Shown: positions 1-6,338 of the stretch, piece after piece
Layout: each line of letters opens with the position of its first letter
Numbering within the stretch: the first letter of the stretch is position 1
IMG/VR virus record: IMGVR_UViG_2693429662_000023
Location: 1 to 8,042 of that record
Origin: a virus
Lineage: Duplodnaviria > Heunggongvirae > Uroviricota > Caudoviricetes
Direction: 5' to 3' (one strand)
Length of the DNA stretch: 8,042 bases
Program-made: the position numbers and the translations under genes
Notes under the pieces: generated by a model
The model's input: the letters and a program-made list of their open reading frames with translations, nothing else
Databases searched by the model: none
Told to the model about the DNA's origin: nothing

Positions 1-1242
1 ATGGCGAGAAAAACACACCCATTAACCACAGTGCAGATCAAAGCAGCCAGACCAGCGCAAAAGGAGTACACCCTGCAGGACGGCGGAGGGCTTTTTCTCC
101 TGGTCAAACCGTCTGGATCAAAACTCTGGAGATTTTCCTACTACCGACCATCGGACAAAAAAAGAATATTGCTGAGTTTTGGATCGCTTGAAGATGTTTC
201 CCTGGCTGATGTCAGAAAACGCCGTAGCGAGTACAGGACGTTAATCAGTGCCGGAACTGACCCGCAGGACCACGAGAGGCAAAAAAGAGAGACAGAGGCC
301 CGAAGACAAGGGAACACGTTCGAAAATGTGGCGGCGGCATGGTACCAGGTGAAAATCAGCCAGAATCTGGCCCCCAACACGATTAAAGACATCTGGCGTT
401 CGCTGGATAAATATGTATTCCCGTTCATCGGCAACACGCCAATAGATACCCTCACCGCCCGAAGGTTCGTTGAAGTGCTTACCCCCATCAAGGAGCGCGG
501 CAACCTGGAAACACTCAAGCGGGTTTTACAGCGCGTTAATGAGGTAATGGATTACGCCGCCAACAGTGGGCTGATTGATGCCAATCCGGCTATGAATGTG
601 CGTAAGGCGTTTCCCTCACCTGTAAAAAAACATATGCCAACAATCCGCCCCGAACAGCTGCCGGAGCTTATGCAGGCTTTATCAGTATCGGCAACAGAAC
701 GGCAGACCAGATTACTGATTGAATGGCAGTTACTGACCGTAACCCGTCCCGCCGAAGCGTCATCAACGCGGTGGGATGAAATCAACCTGGACGCGAAGCA
801 ATGGACGATACCTGCCGGACGTATGAAGATGCGCAGGGATCACGTTATCCCGCTTTCCGGTCAGGCTATGGCGGTGCTGGAGGCCATGAAACCAATCAGC
901 CACCACCGCAATTACGTTTTCCCAAGTCTGAAAGACCCACAGCAGCCGATGAACAGCCAGACAGCTAACGCAGCATTGCGGCGTATGGGATTCGCTGGCG
1001 TGCTGGTGTCTCATGGATTACGCGCCATATTCAGCACAGCAGCGAACGAGGAAGGATTCGAGCCGGACGTAATAGAGGCGGCACTTGCCCACGTCGACAC
1101 CAACGAAGTTAGACGGGCATACAACCGGAGCAACTACATAGAAAAACGCATCGTGCTGATGCGCTGGTGGGGCGAATTTGTCGAGGCTGCGGCGACGGGC
1201 GTAACCCTCGCCAGTGGTAAAAGGGGTATCCGAGCCGTGTAG
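1..1242 (+). CDS. int: Tyrosine site-specific integrase (P4-type phage integrase family)
   Basis: 413-aa ORF starting at nt 1 with ATG. C-terminal region carries SHGLRAIF (His-x-x-Arg) and RAYNRSNY (candidate catalytic Tyr) with spacing typical of tyrosine recombinases, plus a basic N-terminal arm-like region. Followed by an AlpA gene, as in P4-like satellites and PICIs. The att site and any tRNA would lie upstream of the window. Confidence 0.9.
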   Translation: MARKTHPLTTVQIKAARPAQKEYTLQDGGGLFLLVKPSGSKLWRFSYYRPSDKKRILLSFGSLEDVSLADVRKRRSEYRTLISAGTDPQDHERQKRETEARRQGNTFENVAAAWYQVKISQNLAPNTIKDIWRSLDKYVFPFIGNTPIDTLTARRFVEVLTPIKERGNLETLKRVLQRVNEVMDYAANSGLIDANPAMNVRKAFPSPVKKHMPTIRPEQLPELMQALSVSATERQTRLLIEWQLLTVTRPAEASSTRWDEINLDAKQWTIPAGRMKMRRDHVIPLSGQAMAVLEAMKPISHHRNYVFPSLKDPQQPMNSQTANAALRRMGFAGVLVSHGLRAIFSTAANEEGFEPDVIEAALAHVDTNEVRRAYNRSNYIEKRIVLMRWWGEFVEAAATGVTLASGKRGIRAV

Positions 1243-1289
1243 CTGTACAGAAAACCAGTAAAAACTACGAAAACCATGTAAAACCGTCG

Positions 1290-1295
1290 TATAAT
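1290..1295 (+). promoter_or_regulatory. Candidate sigma70 -10 hexamer (TATAAT) upstream of small ORF; no good -35
   Basis: Perfect TATAAT at 1290-1295 in the AT-rich int-alpA intergenic region. The -35 region is weak (gaaaac-like). Confidence 0.25.
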
Positions 1296-1319
1296 TGCAT
1301 CAAATTTAACGACAAGGCT

Positions 1320-1571
1320 GTGAAACATGAAACCGTTAAGATGCAAAAAAATATCAGATGCAATTGCGACGGGCTGCAACTGGCCCTGATGGTTCAGCAT
1401 GAATTTTGGTCAACCTACGATCCAGAGGACAGAACGACGGCCCCATCAAAAAAACAGGTAGTAGACTTTCTGGTATCCCGTGGCGCTTCCAGAAATCTGG
1501 CGGTAAGTATTGATAAGGTCGTACGTCCGGCATCTATGAAGATCGGAGGCAGGCCCAAAAAATGGCGGTAA
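1320..1571 (+). CDS. Hypothetical small protein (83 aa from GTG 1320; alternative starts ATG 1341 or ATG 1399)
   Basis: ORF ends at TAA 1569-1571, 10 nt before a strong intrinsic terminator. Basic C-terminus (KIGGRPKKWR) resembles an AT-hook. No convincing Shine-Dalgarno for any of the starts, so a non-coding transcript is also possible. Confidence 0.3.
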   Translation: MKHETVKMQKNIRCNCDGLQLALMVQHEFWSTYDPEDRTTAPSKKQVVDFLVSRGASRNLAVSIDKVVRPASMKIGGRPKKWR

Positions 1572-1581
1572 CAATCCTAGA

Positions 1582-1605
1582 AGCGGCAGAAATGCCGCTT
1601 TTTTT
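1582..1605 (+). terminator. Rho-independent terminator
   Basis: Stem AGCGGCA (1582-1588), loop GAAA, stem TGCCGCT (1593-1599), then T-run 1599-1605. Confidence 0.7.
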
Positions 1606-1720
1606 ATAATTCCATTTCAAATCATCAATATAAAAAACGGTGTATACCGTTTAAAAACGGTGGGAACTGTTTTTACCCATATCCGATGATTTACCGTATT
1701 TGTCACCGGAATACACCGGA
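1605..1720 (+). promoter_or_regulatory. alpA upstream control region with -10 like hexamer and operator-like repeats
   Basis: TATAAT at 1605-1610. Direct repeat AAAAACGGTG at 1633-1642 and 1653-1662. Near-palindrome CGGTGTATACCG at 1638-1649. Direct repeat CACCGGA at 1704-1710 and 1714-1720, which is an inverted relative of the GGTGTAT motif. Confidence 0.4.
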
Positions 1721-1738
1721 TTCACAAGGTAAATCACG

Positions 1739-1945
1739 ATGGAAGCAATCAGAAAAATTATCTTTCGCCAGGAAGTAAAAAAAATTATCCACATCAAGGC
1801 AGACAGCACGCTGCAAAGCATGATCAACGCCGGAGAATTTCCGCAAGGTTTTCGCGTTGGTTTACGCCGTCGCGGATGGTATGAGGATGATGTGTTGGCC
1901 TGGCAGAAAGAACGCGAACAGGAAGCACGCGGAACGGCTGCTTAA
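1739..1945 (+). CDS. alpA: AlpA-family transcriptional regulator (prophage CP4-57-type, excisionase-like HTH)
   Basis: 68-aa ORF with SD-like AAGGT 9 nt upstream. Sequence IIFRQEVKKIIHIKADSTLQSMINAGEFPQGFRVGLRRRGWYEDDVLAWQ matches the AlpA pattern (LR..EV...S.ST.Y.LI..G.FP.P..LG.R.VGW...EV..W). Its position directly after a P4-type integrase is typical. Confidence 0.85.
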   Translation: MEAIRKIIFRQEVKKIIHIKADSTLQSMINAGEFPQGFRVGLRRRGWYEDDVLAWQKEREQEARGTAA

Positions 1946-1971
1946 CGGGTATCACAGATATGACAAACACG

Positions 1972-2004
1972 AAAAAAGCGGCCCCGATATGGAGCCGCCT
2001 TTCT
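1972..2004. terminator. Candidate bidirectional terminator hairpin
   Basis: Stem GCGGC (1978-1982) pairs with GCCGC (1994-1998). It is flanked by A6 (1972-1977), which reads as T6 on the minus strand, and by CTTTCT (1999-2004) on the plus strand. Stronger as a terminator for the minus-strand transcript. Confidence 0.4.
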
Positions 2005-2093
2005 GAACAATTAACCCGCTGCGCCTTATGTGTATGTGATCCCAAACATAAGCACGGGGATGATAGCCGCTATCAGGCTGGTGGGCAATGCAA

Positions 2094-2270
2094 TCAGTCT
2101 GGTTCAGTTCGTTGCCATAACTGCGAAGCTCTCTCCTTTGATGAGTATTCTTTAAGGTACTTCTCAAGGGCAAAAGAACACGGCGCGAATCGTTCTGATT
2201 CATGCTCTTTCTTTCTGCGTCGTCTTTTTCGTGCAGGTGATGTTTTTTTGGTTGATTCTTCGTTGGTCAT
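2094..2270 (-). CDS. Hypothetical small basic protein (58 aa), in-frame continuation downstream of the RHH gene
   Basis: Minus-strand ATG at 2270 to TGA at 2096-2094, just under the 60-aa cutoff of the ORF track. Translation by hand: MTNEESTKKTSPARKRRRRKKEHESERFAPCSFALEKYLKEYSSKERASQLWQRTEPD. It is in the same frame as the RHH gene, separated by one TAA and 57 nt of open frame. SD is weak (AGG). Confidence 0.3.
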   Translation of the reverse strand: MTNEESTKKTSPARKRRRRKKEHESERFAPCSFALEKYLKEYSSKERASQLWQRTEPD

Positions 2271-2327
2271 TGTGTGCGCCTGTAAAGCAATGCGCCGTAG
2301 TACCTCACACCACGGCGCTGGTGATGG

Positions 2328-2507
2328 TTACTCCTGCTCTTTGGCCTTGCGGCGCTGGCGGCGTTTGATTTCGCCTTTAACGGCAGTAACTATAAATTGC
2401 GCTTTGCTTTCACCTTCATCTAAATTTTTTTCTAAGTCTGCAACAACATCATGCGGGAATCTGGCATTTAACTGTTGCGACTTATTATTTGTTGAACCTG
2501 TTGCCAT
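2328..2507 (-). CDS. Ribbon-helix-helix (Arc/CopG-like) DNA-binding protein, 59 aa
   Basis: Start chosen at ATG 2507 with GAGGA 7 nt upstream (minus strand). Product MATGSTNNKSQQLNARFPHDVVADLEKNLDEGESKAQFIVTAVKGEIKRRQRRKAKEQE has a beta-strand/helix/helix pattern typical of RHH repressors and antitoxins, then a basic tail. The 114-aa ORF in the track is an unsupported 5' extension. Confidence 0.6.
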   Translation of the reverse strand: MATGSTNNKSQQLNARFPHDVVADLEKNLDEGESKAQFIVTAVKGEIKRRQRRKAKEQE

Positions 2508-2528
2508 TACTGAATCCTCTCTAAGTTG

Positions 2529-2661
2529 GTGCGATTCAGTATACACAAAAAAATTCAGAGAAAAAGGCTTGAAGTGCGATTCACTTGCTGATAGGTTAAA
2601 AACAGATGGTGCGATGCACCAAATAACAACGCCCCGCAGTGCGGGAACACATACGGGGCGT
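2529..2661. promoter_or_regulatory. Divergent control region with three GTGCGAT(T/G)CA repeats and nested palindromes
   Basis: GTGCGATTCA at 2529-2538 and 2574-2583, GTGCGATGCA at 2609-2618. Two copies are palindromic: AAGTGcgatTCACTT (2572-2586) and GGTGCgatGCACC (2608-2620). Palindrome CCCGCAgTGCGGG at 2633-2645 is nested within ACGCCCCG/CGGGGCGT arms (2629-2661). Confidence 0.4.
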
Positions 2662-2690
2662 CTAACCAACAACGTAAACTAGGAGCCGTT

Positions 2691-2888
2691 ATGGTTGCCG
2701 TAAATCATATACCACACCTTGTACACACACAAACGGCCTTTGTGTGGCGTTTTCTGGCCCTGAGTGCCGGAGAATCTCAAATCATCCACGTAACCGCCTG
2801 GACGGAACGCGAAGCGCGTAGCCGTTGCCCGTCCGGTTGTGTTGCTGTATTCGCCGCCCGTATTCGTCAGGGGGGGGGCCATGCCTGA
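2691..2888 (+). CDS. Hypothetical protein (65 aa), possibly the N-terminal part of a frameshift-split gene
   Basis: ATG 2691 preceded by AGGAG (2681-2685) with a 5-nt spacer. Ends ...RIRQGGGHA at TGA 2886-2888, immediately after a G9 tract, and overlaps the next start (ATGCCTGA). Confidence 0.4.
   Translation: MVAVNHIPHLVHTQTAFVWRFLALSAGESQIIHVTAWTEREARSRCPSGCVAVFAARIRQGGGHA
2870..2878. repeat. G9 homopolymer tract at an ORF junction
   Basis: Nine consecutive G at 2870-2878, read directly from the sequence, in the context CAGGGGGGGGGCC. Confidence 0.95.
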
Positions 2889-3201
2889 TATGTCAAATTA
2901 CCAGTACCTGATTAATCCGCATTTTAACTGTGAGCATGATATTGCTAAAAAGGTTTATTCCGCTGCGGATGGGGCTACTGACAATATATCAATGGCTGTT
3001 GCGTCAATTGGTAGCCTGATGTGGCATGCGTCAGAAAATGAGGACTATGACGAAAAGGCCATGCGCATTGATATGGGTAATATTGGTTTGTTACTGGCAA
3101 TGCTTGGACATTTTGATATTTCGTTACGGTGCACCATTGAAAATGCCACAGATGCATTAAATGCTATAAAGAAAGCGAATACTGATTCAAATCGGGGATA
3201 A
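2881..3201 (+). CDS. Hypothetical acidic protein (106 aa)
   Basis: ATG 2881 directly after the G9 tract (alternative ATG 2890). Product MPDMSNYQYLINPHFNCEHD... has no motif I recognise. Sits in an operon-like arrangement with the flanking ORFs. Confidence 0.5.
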   Translation: MPDMSNYQYLINPHFNCEHDIAKKVYSAADGATDNISMAVASIGSLMWHASENEDYDEKAMRIDMGNIGLLLAMLGHFDISLRCTIENATDALNAIKKANTDSNRG

Positions 3202-3207
3202 ATAATC

Positions 3208-3507
3208 ATGAGAACATATTTATCTGGCTTGACTGCCAGCGGTTATGCACACCCCCAAATTATCCCCGGCGCTATTTATCTGGATAAGAACGGTAACAGA
3301 GTAACGGTAAAAGAACTGATGTTTGACCGTGTGTATTTTATTCGTGATGGCTATTCATTTCATAGTTCGCTGAACGTGGAGATCTTTATTAGCAGATTCA
3401 GGCGGGAAATCCCGCTTTCCAGAAAAAACCATGTGTCACGTGTGAATGTGGATAAAAAACTACAGGAACTGAAAAACATGATTGCCGCGTGGAGAGAGCA
3501 GAAATGA
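3208..3507 (+). CDS. Hypothetical basic protein (99 aa)
   Basis: ATG 3208 with GGGGA 9 nt upstream. Stop TGA 3505-3507 overlaps the primase ATG 3504 (ATGA overlap), suggesting translational coupling. Confidence 0.55.
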   Translation: MRTYLSGLTASGYAHPQIIPGAIYLDKNGNRVTVKELMFDRVYFIRDGYSFHSSLNVEIFISRFRREIPLSRKNHVSRVNVDKKLQELKNMIAAWREQK

Positions 3508-5321
3508 AAAAAGCGCCAAATTTAAAACACCAGCCGCGTGACAAAATGACGGAAGTCATCATTTTTGCGGGTAGTGATGCGTGGGCACATGCGAAGCAGT
3601 GGCAGGAACAGGACGGGCGACTGGCTGGCGATAACGTGCCTCCTGTCTGGCTTGGAGAGCAACAACTTGCCGAACTGGACAACCTGCAAATCGTACCGGA
3701 CGGACGCTATCGCGTGCGTCTCTATCAGGCGGGGTTATTGCGTCCGGGGCTTGTTAATACCATCGGGCAGAAACTGGCAGCGGCAGGTGTCAGGGATGCT
3801 GATTATTACTCTGAAGGAATGCACAGCCAGAAACGGGAGAACTGGCGCGAATATCTGGAACGTGAACGGGCAGAGCTGGCGGAAAAGAAAAAGGTAGTTG
3901 AACTGCCTGTAAAGAAAAAAGAGCGGGTAAAAGACGATAACGCTTCATCACTGGCGCTTAACCAGATGGGAGCAAGTCAACGCGGCGAAGTTCTCCTGGC
4001 ACATTATGGCGGTGAACTGGCGATTCATGCTGACTCTGACACTGTTCACCATTACAACGGCGTTGTATGGGAGCCAGTACAGGATAAAGAATTACAGCGA
4101 GCTATGGCACAGATTTTCATTGATGCGGAGATCAGCTATTCGCAGAACGCCATTAAATCGGCGGTCGATACCATGAAGTTAAGTTTGCCTGTAATGGGGA
4201 ATACAGCCCGTAACCTGATTGGATTCAGTAACGGGGTATTTGATACCAGAACAGGTAATTTTCGGGAGCATAACAAAAACGACTGGTTGTTAATTGCCAG
4301 TGAATTACCTTTCAGCCCACCAGCAGAGGGGGAAACGCTGGCAACACATGCGCCGAATTTCTGGAAGTGGTTACGCCGTTCGGTGGCTGAGAATGACCGC
4401 AAGGCGGATCGCGTACTGGCTGCATTATTCATGGTGCTGGCGAACCGGTACGACTGGCAGTTATTCATTGAGGTAACAGGTCCAGGGGGAAGTGGTAAAA
4501 GCGTGATGGCGGAGATTTGCACCATGCTGGCGGGTAAGGCCAACACAGTATCGGCAAGCATGAAGGCGCTGGAAGATGCAAGGGAACGCGCGTTAGTGGT
4601 TGGCTTTTCGCTGATTATCATGCCGGATATGACCCGCTACGCTGGTGATGGGGCAGGAATTAAGGCCATTACAGGCGGTGACAAGGTGGCAATTGATCCG
4701 AAACACAAAGCCCCCTACTCAACGCGTATTCCGGCAGTAGTGCTGGCGGTTAACAATAACGCCATGTCATTCAGTGACCGCAGCGGGGGGATCTCACGTC
4801 GTCGGGTGATATTCAATTTTTCGGAAGTTGTACCGGAGAACGAACGCGATCCAATGCTGGCGGAAAAAATAGAAGGTGAGCTGGCGGTAGTGATTCGCCA
4901 TCTGCTTACACGGTTTGCTGACCAGGACGAAGCCAGACGCCTGTTATATGAGCAGCAGAAATCTGAAGAAGCACTGGCGATAAAGCGAGAGGGGGATTCG
5001 CTGGTGGACTTCTGCGGCTATCTCATGGCGTCGGTAATGTGTGATGGCCTGTTAGTGGGTAATGCTGAAATTGTGCCATTCAGCCCACGCAGGTATCTCT
5101 ATCATGCCTATCTGGCTTATATGAGGGCACATGGGTTTGGTAAACCTGTAACACTGACGCGCTTCGGTAAAGATATGCCGGGGGCAATGGCGGAATATGG
5201 CAGGGAGTATATGAAACGGAAAACGAAGCACGGTTTGCGTTCAAACGTGACACTGACGGAGGAATCAGAAGACTGGATGCCATCATGTGTATCGGTCACT
5301 AATGACGATAGCAAAAATTAA
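3504..5321 (+). CDS. Replication protein: D5_N/primase-C-terminal-like domain fused to SF3 helicase (P4 alpha-like pri-rep)
   Basis: Start ATG 3504 with GGAGAG 7 nt upstream (the track's GTG 3489 is an alternative). Walker A motif GPGGSGKS encoded near 4480-4503. Upstream segment ...GFSNGVFDTRTGNFREH... resembles the D5_N region of P4-family primase/helicases. An iteron origin lies immediately downstream. Confidence 0.9.
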   Translation: MKKAPNLKHQPRDKMTEVIIFAGSDAWAHAKQWQEQDGRLAGDNVPPVWLGEQQLAELDNLQIVPDGRYRVRLYQAGLLRPGLVNTIGQKLAAAGVRDADYYSEGMHSQKRENWREYLERERAELAEKKKVVELPVKKKERVKDDNASSLALNQMGASQRGEVLLAHYGGELAIHADSDTVHHYNGVVWEPVQDKELQRAMAQIFIDAEISYSQNAIKSAVDTMKLSLPVMGNTARNLIGFSNGVFDTRTGNFREHNKNDWLLIASELPFSPPAEGETLATHAPNFWKWLRRSVAENDRKADRVLAALFMVLANRYDWQLFIEVTGPGGSGKSVMAEICTMLAGKANTVSASMKALEDARERALVVGFSLIIMPDMTRYAGDGAGIKAITGGDKVAIDPKHKAPYSTRIPAVVLAVNNNAMSFSDRSGGISRRRVIFNFSEVVPENERDPMLAEKIEGELAVVIRHLLTRFADQDEARRLLYEQQKSEEALAIKREGDSLVDFCGYLMASVMCDGLLVGNAEIVPFSPRRYLYHAYLAYMRAHGFGKPVTLTRFGKDMPGAMAEYGREYMKRKTKHGLRSNVTLTEESEDWMPSCVSVTNDDSKN

Positions 5322-5334
5322 ACTTATGGAATAA

Positions 5335-5563
5335 CTGTTCACCACTGTTCACCCTGTTATAAATATCTTTTATATCAGTATATTATAGGGTGAACAGTTA
5401 TTTATGAACTGTTCACCAAACTATTCACTGTTCACCTTTTTGATTGTTTATTGAGCTTCAAGGGTGAACAGTGGTGAACAGTTGGTGAATAGTTTTTGTG
5501 AAACTGTTCACCCCTTAACATTATGAATTAAAAGATAAAATATCAAAAGGTGAACAGGTGAAG
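5335..5563. repeat. Iteron-type replication origin
   Basis: Nine perfect copies of CTGTTCACC or its complement GGTGAACAG: 5335-5343, 5345-5353, 5389-5397, 5409-5417, 5428-5436, 5463-5471, 5473-5481, 5504-5512, 5549-5557. Degenerate copies include CTGTTAT (5354-5360), CTATTCAC (5421-5428) and GGTGAATAG (5484-5492). AT-rich spacers at 5358-5388 and 5515-5548 could be unwinding elements. Confidence 0.8.
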
Positions 5564-5654
5564 GGTTAAAACGCAAAAATTTTAATTTACTGCTGTGAGA
5601 TAAAGCCTATGACAGCGAAGCACATAAAAAAAATCACAATCGCACGCCCTTGAT

Positions 5655-5849
5655 TTGACGGAACACTGGTTAAGGGTGTCGATAAAAATCATCGACCGCA
5701 ACGCCGGGGAAGGATATGCGAAAGCACATCCCGAACTGATTAGCGCATTCATGACCACGACGGCGGCAAACTTTGCCACGCTGACAGAACGGGAGATTGC
5801 CGAAGCGGAACAGGTAACAACCATCAACGTTAAAAGCGCTGGAGAATAA
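5655..5849 (+). CDS. Hypothetical small ORF (64 aa from TTG; internal ATG at 5751) or non-coding transcript
   Basis: ORF ends TAA 5847-5849, 19 nt before a strong terminator. No usable SD for any in-frame start, so coding status is doubtful. Confidence 0.25.
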   Translation: MTEHWLRVSIKIIDRNAGEGYAKAHPELISAFMTTTAANFATLTEREIAEAEQVTTINVKSAGE

Positions 5850-5867
5850 CCGAAGTAGTGAACACAT

Positions 5868-5891
5868 AGCCGGAGCAATCCGGCTTTTTTT
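5868..5891 (+). terminator. Rho-independent terminator
   Basis: Stem AGCCGGA (5868-5874), loop GCAA, stem TCCGGCT (5879-5885), then T7 run 5885-5891. Confidence 0.7.
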
Positions 5892-5925
5892 CGATCTCGC
5901 ATATCTTAAAAAATGGTTGATTGAT

Positions 5926-5931
5926 TATAAT
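5926..5931 (+). promoter_or_regulatory. Candidate -10 hexamer (TATAAT) for the downstream two-gene operon
   Basis: Perfect TATAAT at 5926-5931 within TTGATTGATTATAAT, about 50 nt upstream of GTG 5980. The -35 is weak. Confidence 0.3.
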
Positions 5932-5979
5932 CTATCGAAAATACTGATTATTAGATGATAAGCATCAGGAGGAAACAAA

Positions 5980-6174
5980 GTGGAACAGATAAAGCAAAGC
6001 GCTACCGTGATGATTGATCACGAGATCCTAAACGAGCTTAAAAAACTTCAATTCGATGTTATTCGCCGGATGAATGAAGCTGGTATATACGGCAGAGCCG
6101 CCACGCCAACAGTAGGCCATCTTGCTCGCGTGCTGTTACGCGAACGCCTGGGCATTGCAACAGGTGAGGAATAA
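5980..6174 (+). CDS. Small putative DNA-binding protein (64 aa; RHH-like or HTH-like)
   Basis: GTG start with AGGAGG (5966-5971) 8 nt upstream. Product MEQIKQSATVMIDHEILNELKKLQFDVIRRMNEAGIYGRAATPTVGHLARVLLRERLGIATGEE has a strand-helix-helix pattern. The fold assignment is tentative. Confidence 0.55.
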   Translation: MEQIKQSATVMIDHEILNELKKLQFDVIRRMNEAGIYGRAATPTVGHLARVLLRERLGIATGEE

Positions 6175-6176
6175 CA

Positions 6177-6338
6177 ATGGCTATCACAGAACGCGAGGCA
6201 AGCATCATTAAAGCCATTGGCGAGGAAACAAGAGACACGATAGCGCCATTAATGGAAAAGATCGCAGAGCTTGAGAGACGAATAAACAAGCTGAGTGATG
6301 AAGTTGAAGGCCTGATCTCGTTACTCGGTGAGCAATGA
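6177..6338 (+). CDS. Small charged coiled-coil protein (53 aa)
   Basis: Not in the ORF track because it is under 60 aa. ATG 6177 sits 2 nt after the upstream stop, with GAGGA (6166-6170) 6 nt upstream. Translated by hand: MAITEREASIIKAIGEETRDTIAPLMEKIAELERRINKLSDEVEGLISLLGEQ, with a heptad-like hydrophobic pattern. Confidence 0.5.
   Translation: MAITEREASIIKAIGEETRDTIAPLMEKIAELERRINKLSDEVEGLISLLGEQ

Noticed and set aside
141-1400. Minus-strand ORFs inside the integrase gene (141..518, 552..785, 763..1014, 1134..1400)
   Set aside because: Antisense to a well-supported integrase ORF, no start signals, odd composition.
1952-2203. 83-aa minus-strand ORF (and 1824..2045) near the alpA 3' end
   Set aside because: Would read through the candidate terminator hairpin and into alpA antisense. 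Weak start context. The in-frame 58-aa ORF 2094..2270 is the better minus-strand candidate.
1960-2682. 240-aa plus-strand ORF spanning the alpA-to-orf65 interval
   Set aside because: Cys/Ser-rich low-complexity translation with no SD. It lies exactly antisense to the RHH gene and the in-frame ORF after it, so it looks like a shadow ORF of minus-strand coding sequence.
2679-2882. 67-aa minus-strand ORF antisense to orf65
   Set aside because: No SD and Gly/Thr-rich translation. The plus-strand ORF has a near-consensus SD at the right spacing.
4136-4621. 161-aa minus-strand ORF, plus other internal ORFs inside the primase/helicase (3565..3897, 4294..4476, 5080..5314)
   Set aside because: All lie within or antisense to the 606-aa replication gene, which has a clear Walker A motif and domain continuity.
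5335-5563. Possibility that the repeated 9-mers are a CRISPR array
   Set aside because: Repeats are only 9 bp, occur in both orientations with irregular spacing, and sit directly after a Rep gene. That fits iterons, not CRISPR.
5582-5902. 106-aa minus-strand ORF across the post-origin region
   Set aside because: Would start inside the plus-strand terminator hairpin and read antisense through the region. No SD and improbable composition.
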